Source of the DNA: Mycobacterium sp.
GTDB taxonomy: Bacteria > Actinomycetota > Actinomycetes > Mycobacteriales > Mycobacteriaceae
NCBI GenBank assembly: GCA_049608025.1
Contig: JBMYXC010000013.1
DNA: 64,000 bases
Strand: one strand, 5' to 3'
Positions 61,006 through 64,000 of the stretch are shown here, one piece after another. A model generated the notes under the pieces. That model ran no database searches. It was not told the DNA's origin and saw only the letters and a program-made list of their open reading frames with translations. The position numbers were made by a program, and so were the translations under genes. Position 1 is the first letter of the stretch; the number at the start of each line of letters is the position of its first letter.

Positions 61006-61397
61006 CGGCGCACCCGAACTCGGCGCACCATGGCGGTCCCCAGATAGACGGCGAACAATCCCGCGACGATGCTGGTTGAGATGTAGGCGCTGGCCAGGCC
61101 GAAGTGGCCGTATTCGAGCATCTTGAGGGTCTCGACCTGCATGGTGGAAAACGTCGTGAGGCCGCCGCAGAAACCGGTTCCCAACAGCGGACGCCGGTAG
61201 CTCGACACCGGTAGGCGTTCCAGCAGTCGGGTGACGAACATGCCGAGCAGGAATGCGCCGATAATGTTGGCGACGAAGGTCGGCCACGGCCACTGGCCCG
61301 GATCCGGCGCGGCGAGCTCTTCAAGGCCGGCCCGCGCCAGCGTGCCCAGCGCGCCTCCGACGAACACTGCGGCAAGTTCCCGCCGGTCGTAGGCCAT
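61002..61397 (-). CDS. crcB: Fluoride channel Fluc/CrcB, first subunit
   Basis: [32 protein letters not shown]; -10 CATAAT lies 6 nt before the ATG. Confidence 0.93.
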   Translation of the reverse strand: MAYDRRELAAVFVGGALGTLARAGLEELAAPDPGQWPWPTFVANIIGAFLLGMFVTRLLERLPVSSYRRPLLGTGFCGGLTTFSTMQVETLKMLEYGHFGLASAYISTSIVAGLFAVYLGTAMVRRVRVRR

Positions 61398-61470
61398 CCC
61401 GGAATTATGCACGTCCGGTGCAGACGATCCAGGGTTCTTCGGCATAGGTAGACGTAGCAGAATCAACACC

Positions 61471-63102
61471 ATGGCCAATCCCCGCGCCGGTCAGCCGGCG
61501 CAACCCGAAGACCTCATCGACGTGGCTCAGGTAGTAACTGCCTATTACAGCGTCGCTCCCGATCCGGACAATATCGACCAACAGGTGGCATTTGGCACCT
61601 CGGGGCACCGGGGATCGAGTCTGGACGCGGCGTTCAACGAGCCGCACATTCTGGCTACCACGCAGGCCATCGTCGAGTACCGGGCCGCGCAGGGCACCAC
61701 GGGCCCGCTGTTCATCGGGCGCGACACCCACGCGTTGTCGGAGCCGGCATGGGTTTCGGCGCTGGAGGTGCTGGCCGCCAACGATGTCGTGGCGATGATC
61801 GATTCCGCGGATCGCTACACACCCACGCCCGCGGTCAGCCACGCGATTCTGACGTTCAACCGGGGCCGCGACACCGCGCTCGCCGACGGGATCGTCGTCA
61901 CTCCCTCGCACAACCCGCCCCGTGACGGCGGTTTCAAGTACAACCCGCCCACCGGCGGTCCGGCCGATACCGACGCCACCGGCGCCATCGCCACACGAGC
62001 CAACGAGATACTGCGTGACGGCCTGAAGGCGGTCAAGCGGGTGCCGCTGGCCAGGGCGCTGGGGACCGCGCAGCGCCACGACTACCTCGATGCGTACGTC
62101 GCGGACTTACCCAACGTCGTCGACATGCACGCCATCAGCGCGCAGGGAATCCGGATCGGGGCCGACCCGCTGGGCGGGGCCAGCGTCGACTATTGGGCCG
62201 CCATCGCCGAACGGCACAACCTGGAGCTGACCGTCGTCAACCCGCTGGTGGATGCGACGTGGCGGTTCATGACCCTGGACACCGACGGCAAGATCCGGAT
62301 GGATTGCAGCTCGCCCAACGCCATGGCGGGGCTGATCGCCAACCGGGACTCGTTTCAGATCGCGACAGGCAACGACGCCGACTCCGACCGGCACGGCATC
62401 GTCACCCCCGACGGTGGTCTGCTCAACCCAAACCACTACCTCGCGGTGGCGATCGACTATCTGTTCGCCCATCGGCCACAGTGGGCGGCGGGGACCGCGG
62501 TCGGCAAGACGGCGGTGAGCTCGTCGATCATCGACCGGGTGGTGGCAGGCTTGGGCCGCAGGCTGGTGGAGGTGCCGGTCGGTTTCAAGTGGTTCGTCGA
62601 CGGTTTGATAGGCGGCACAATCGGTTTCGGTGGCGAGGAGAGCGCCGGCGCGTCCTTCCTCCGGCGCGACGGATCAGTGTGGACGACCGACAAGGACGGC
62701 ATCATCTTGGCGCTGCTGGCGTCGGAAATCCTCGCGGTGACCGGTTCAACGCCGTCGCAAAGGTACGCGGAGATATCCGAAAAGTATGGTGCCCCAACGT
62801 ATGCACGGATCGACGCGCCGGCCGATCGCGAGCAGAAGGCGCGGTTGGGCAAGCTGTCGCCGGAACAAGTCACCGCCACCGAGTTGGCCGGCGAGGCGAT
62901 CACAGCCAAGCTGACGAGCGCGCCGGGCAATGGTGCTCGGCTGGGCGGGCTGAAGGTGACGACGGAGAACGCATGGTTCGCCGCGCGCCCATCGGGAACA
63001 GAGGACGTGTACAAGATTTACGCCGAATCCTTCCGTGGCCCTGAGCATCTCGCTGAAGTGCAGAACGCTGCGCGCGATGTCGTGACGAAAGTCATTTCGT
63101 GA
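61471..63102 (+). CDS. pgm: Phosphoglucomutase (alpha-D-glucose phosphate specific)
   Basis: [23 protein letters not shown] (phospho-Ser), [33 protein letters not shown]; -10 CAGAAT lies 7 nt before the ATG. Confidence 0.97.
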   Translation: MANPRAGQPAQPEDLIDVAQVVTAYYSVAPDPDNIDQQVAFGTSGHRGSSLDAAFNEPHILATTQAIVEYRAAQGTTGPLFIGRDTHALSEPAWVSALEVLAANDVVAMIDSADRYTPTPAVSHAILTFNRGRDTALADGIVVTPSHNPPRDGGFKYNPPTGGPADTDATGAIATRANEILRDGLKAVKRVPLARALGTAQRHDYLDAYVADLPNVVDMHAISAQGIRIGADPLGGASVDYWAAIAERHNLELTVVNPLVDATWRFMTLDTDGKIRMDCSSPNAMAGLIANRDSFQIATGNDADSDRHGIVTPDGGLLNPNHYLAVAIDYLFAHRPQWAAGTAVGKTAVSSSIIDRVVAGLGRRLVEVPVGFKWFVDGLIGGTIGFGGEESAGASFLRRDGSVWTTDKDGIILALLASEILAVTGSTPSQRYAEISEKYGAPTYARIDAPADREQKARLGKLSPEQVTATELAGEAITAKLTSAPGNGARLGGLKVTTENAWFAARPSGTEDVYKIYAESFRGPEHLAEVQNAARDVVTKVIS

Positions 63103-63132
63103 TGCTGGGTATCTCGTGAGGCTGGTCATTTC

Positions 63133-64000
63133 GTGAGTTCGGGCACGGAGGACGACTGTCCGTCTGCGCGGGAAGCGGCCAAAGAGCGATTGCCGCGTGA
63201 GGTCTGGCTGTTGGCCGGAGCCAACGTGGTGGTGGCACTGGGGTACGGCGTGGTCGCTCCGGTACTGCCGCAGTACGCCCGGTACTTCGGGGTCAGCATC
63301 AGCGCAGCGACTTTCGTCATCACAGCGTTCGCGGTGATGCGGCTGTGCGGGGCGCCGCCGGCGGGCTGGTTGGTTCAGCGGGTAGGGGAGCGGCGGGTCT
63401 ACATCAGTGGGCTGTTGATCGTGGCGCTGTCGACTGCAGCGTGCGCATTCGCGCAGACATTCGGTCAACTCCTGCTGTTCCGGTCGGTGGGTGGCTTGGG
63501 GTCGGCGATGTTCACGGTGTCGGCGCTGGGGCTGATGATCCGGATCTCGCCGCCAGACGCCCGGGGCCGGGTCGCCGGGTTGTTCTCGTCGGGGTTCCTC
63601 GTCGGATCGGTGGGCGGCCCGGTGCTTGGCAGTATGACCGTGGGTTTCGGGTTGGCGGTGCCGTTCCTGATCTATGGAGCCGCGCTGCTGGTGGCCGCGG
63701 CTGTGGTGTTCCTGGGCCTGCGCAACTCCGCGCTGGCGGCTCCCGCCGACGACGGCGAAGCCGCGGTATCGATCCGCGTTGTGCTGCGCCATCGGGCCTA
63801 TCGGGCCGCGTTGCTCTCCAACTTCGCCACCGGCTGGGCGGCCTTCGGACTGCGGTTCGCCCTGGTGCCACTGTTCGTGGTGGAGGTACTGGACCGCGGG
63901 CCGGGCATCGCCGGGTTGGCGCTGGCCGCGTTCGCCGTCGGCAACATCTCGGTGGTCATCCCGAGCGGTTACCTGTCGGACCGCATCGGTCGGCGAAAAC
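63133..64000 (+). CDS. MFS transporter (DHA1-like), runs off the window end
   Basis: GTG 63133 frame reads LPREVWLL...VVALGYGVVAPVLP, G.L..RVGER, RS.GG.GS.MF.V and ends GYLSDRIGRR. Confidence 0.88.
   Translation, partial: MSSGTEDDCPSAREAAKERLPREVWLLAGANVVVALGYGVVAPVLPQYARYFGVSISAATFVITAFAVMRLCGAPPAGWLVQRVGERRVYISGLLIVALSTAACAFAQTFGQLLLFRSVGGLGSAMFTVSALGLMIRISPPDARGRVAGLFSSGFLVGSVGGPVLGSMTVGFGLAVPFLIYGAALLVAAAVVFLGLRNSALAAPADDGEAAVSIRVVLRHRAYRAALLSNFATGWAAFGLRFALVPLFVVEVLDRGPGIAGLALAAFAVGNISVVIPSGYLSDRIGRRK

Noticed and set aside
59609-61375. 588-aa ORF spanning crcB and DUF190
   Set aside because: The upstream part is an off-frame reading of the two crcB genes; DUF190 homology starts at the GTG at 60643.
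61398-61490. Fluoride riboswitch upstream of crcB
   Set aside because: GGCCATGGTGTT on the minus strand resembles the aptamer 5' end, but the P1 partner and the 3' motif are missing. It overlaps the pgm start, and crcB has a -10 positioned for a leaderless transcript.

Overview
High-GC mycobacterial window, probably a fast-growing Mycolicibacterium-type genome (inferred from gene content). Left part (1-10.2 kb): the conserved fprA / prfB-mscS-ftsEX-smpB / ssrA (tmRNA) core block, with an EamA transporter and a membrane GGDEF-EAL gene inserted. Right part (59.6-64 kb): the conserved DUF190-crcB-crcB / pgm core block. Between them is a roughly 49-kb variable region with two parts. (i) 10.2-24.5 kb is a stress and signalling patchwork: a secreted Cys-rich protein, a PAS-EAL phosphodiesterase, NYN and DUF2252 genes, arsR-cadI, two tandem toxin-antitoxin pairs, and an unusual serine-resolvase catalytic domain fused to a degenerate GGDEF domain that keeps its c-di-GMP I-site. 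(ii) 24.6-54.5 kb is a DosR/DevR island: a dosR gene, DosR-box matches at five divergent promoters, an NAD-reducing group 3d [NiFe]-hydrogenase operon hoxFUYHW-eno, and a convergent 12-kb operon ppsA-otsB1-GltD-like-PFOR(nifJ)-DHOD-like. The island also holds a lone carbamate kinase, two WS/DGAT genes, SulP, Rv3129-like and Acg-like genes, and a 5x13-bp VNTR. Together these genes look like a hypoxia-induced, H2-evolving fermentation module. All calls come from reading motifs by eye; no database searches were run.
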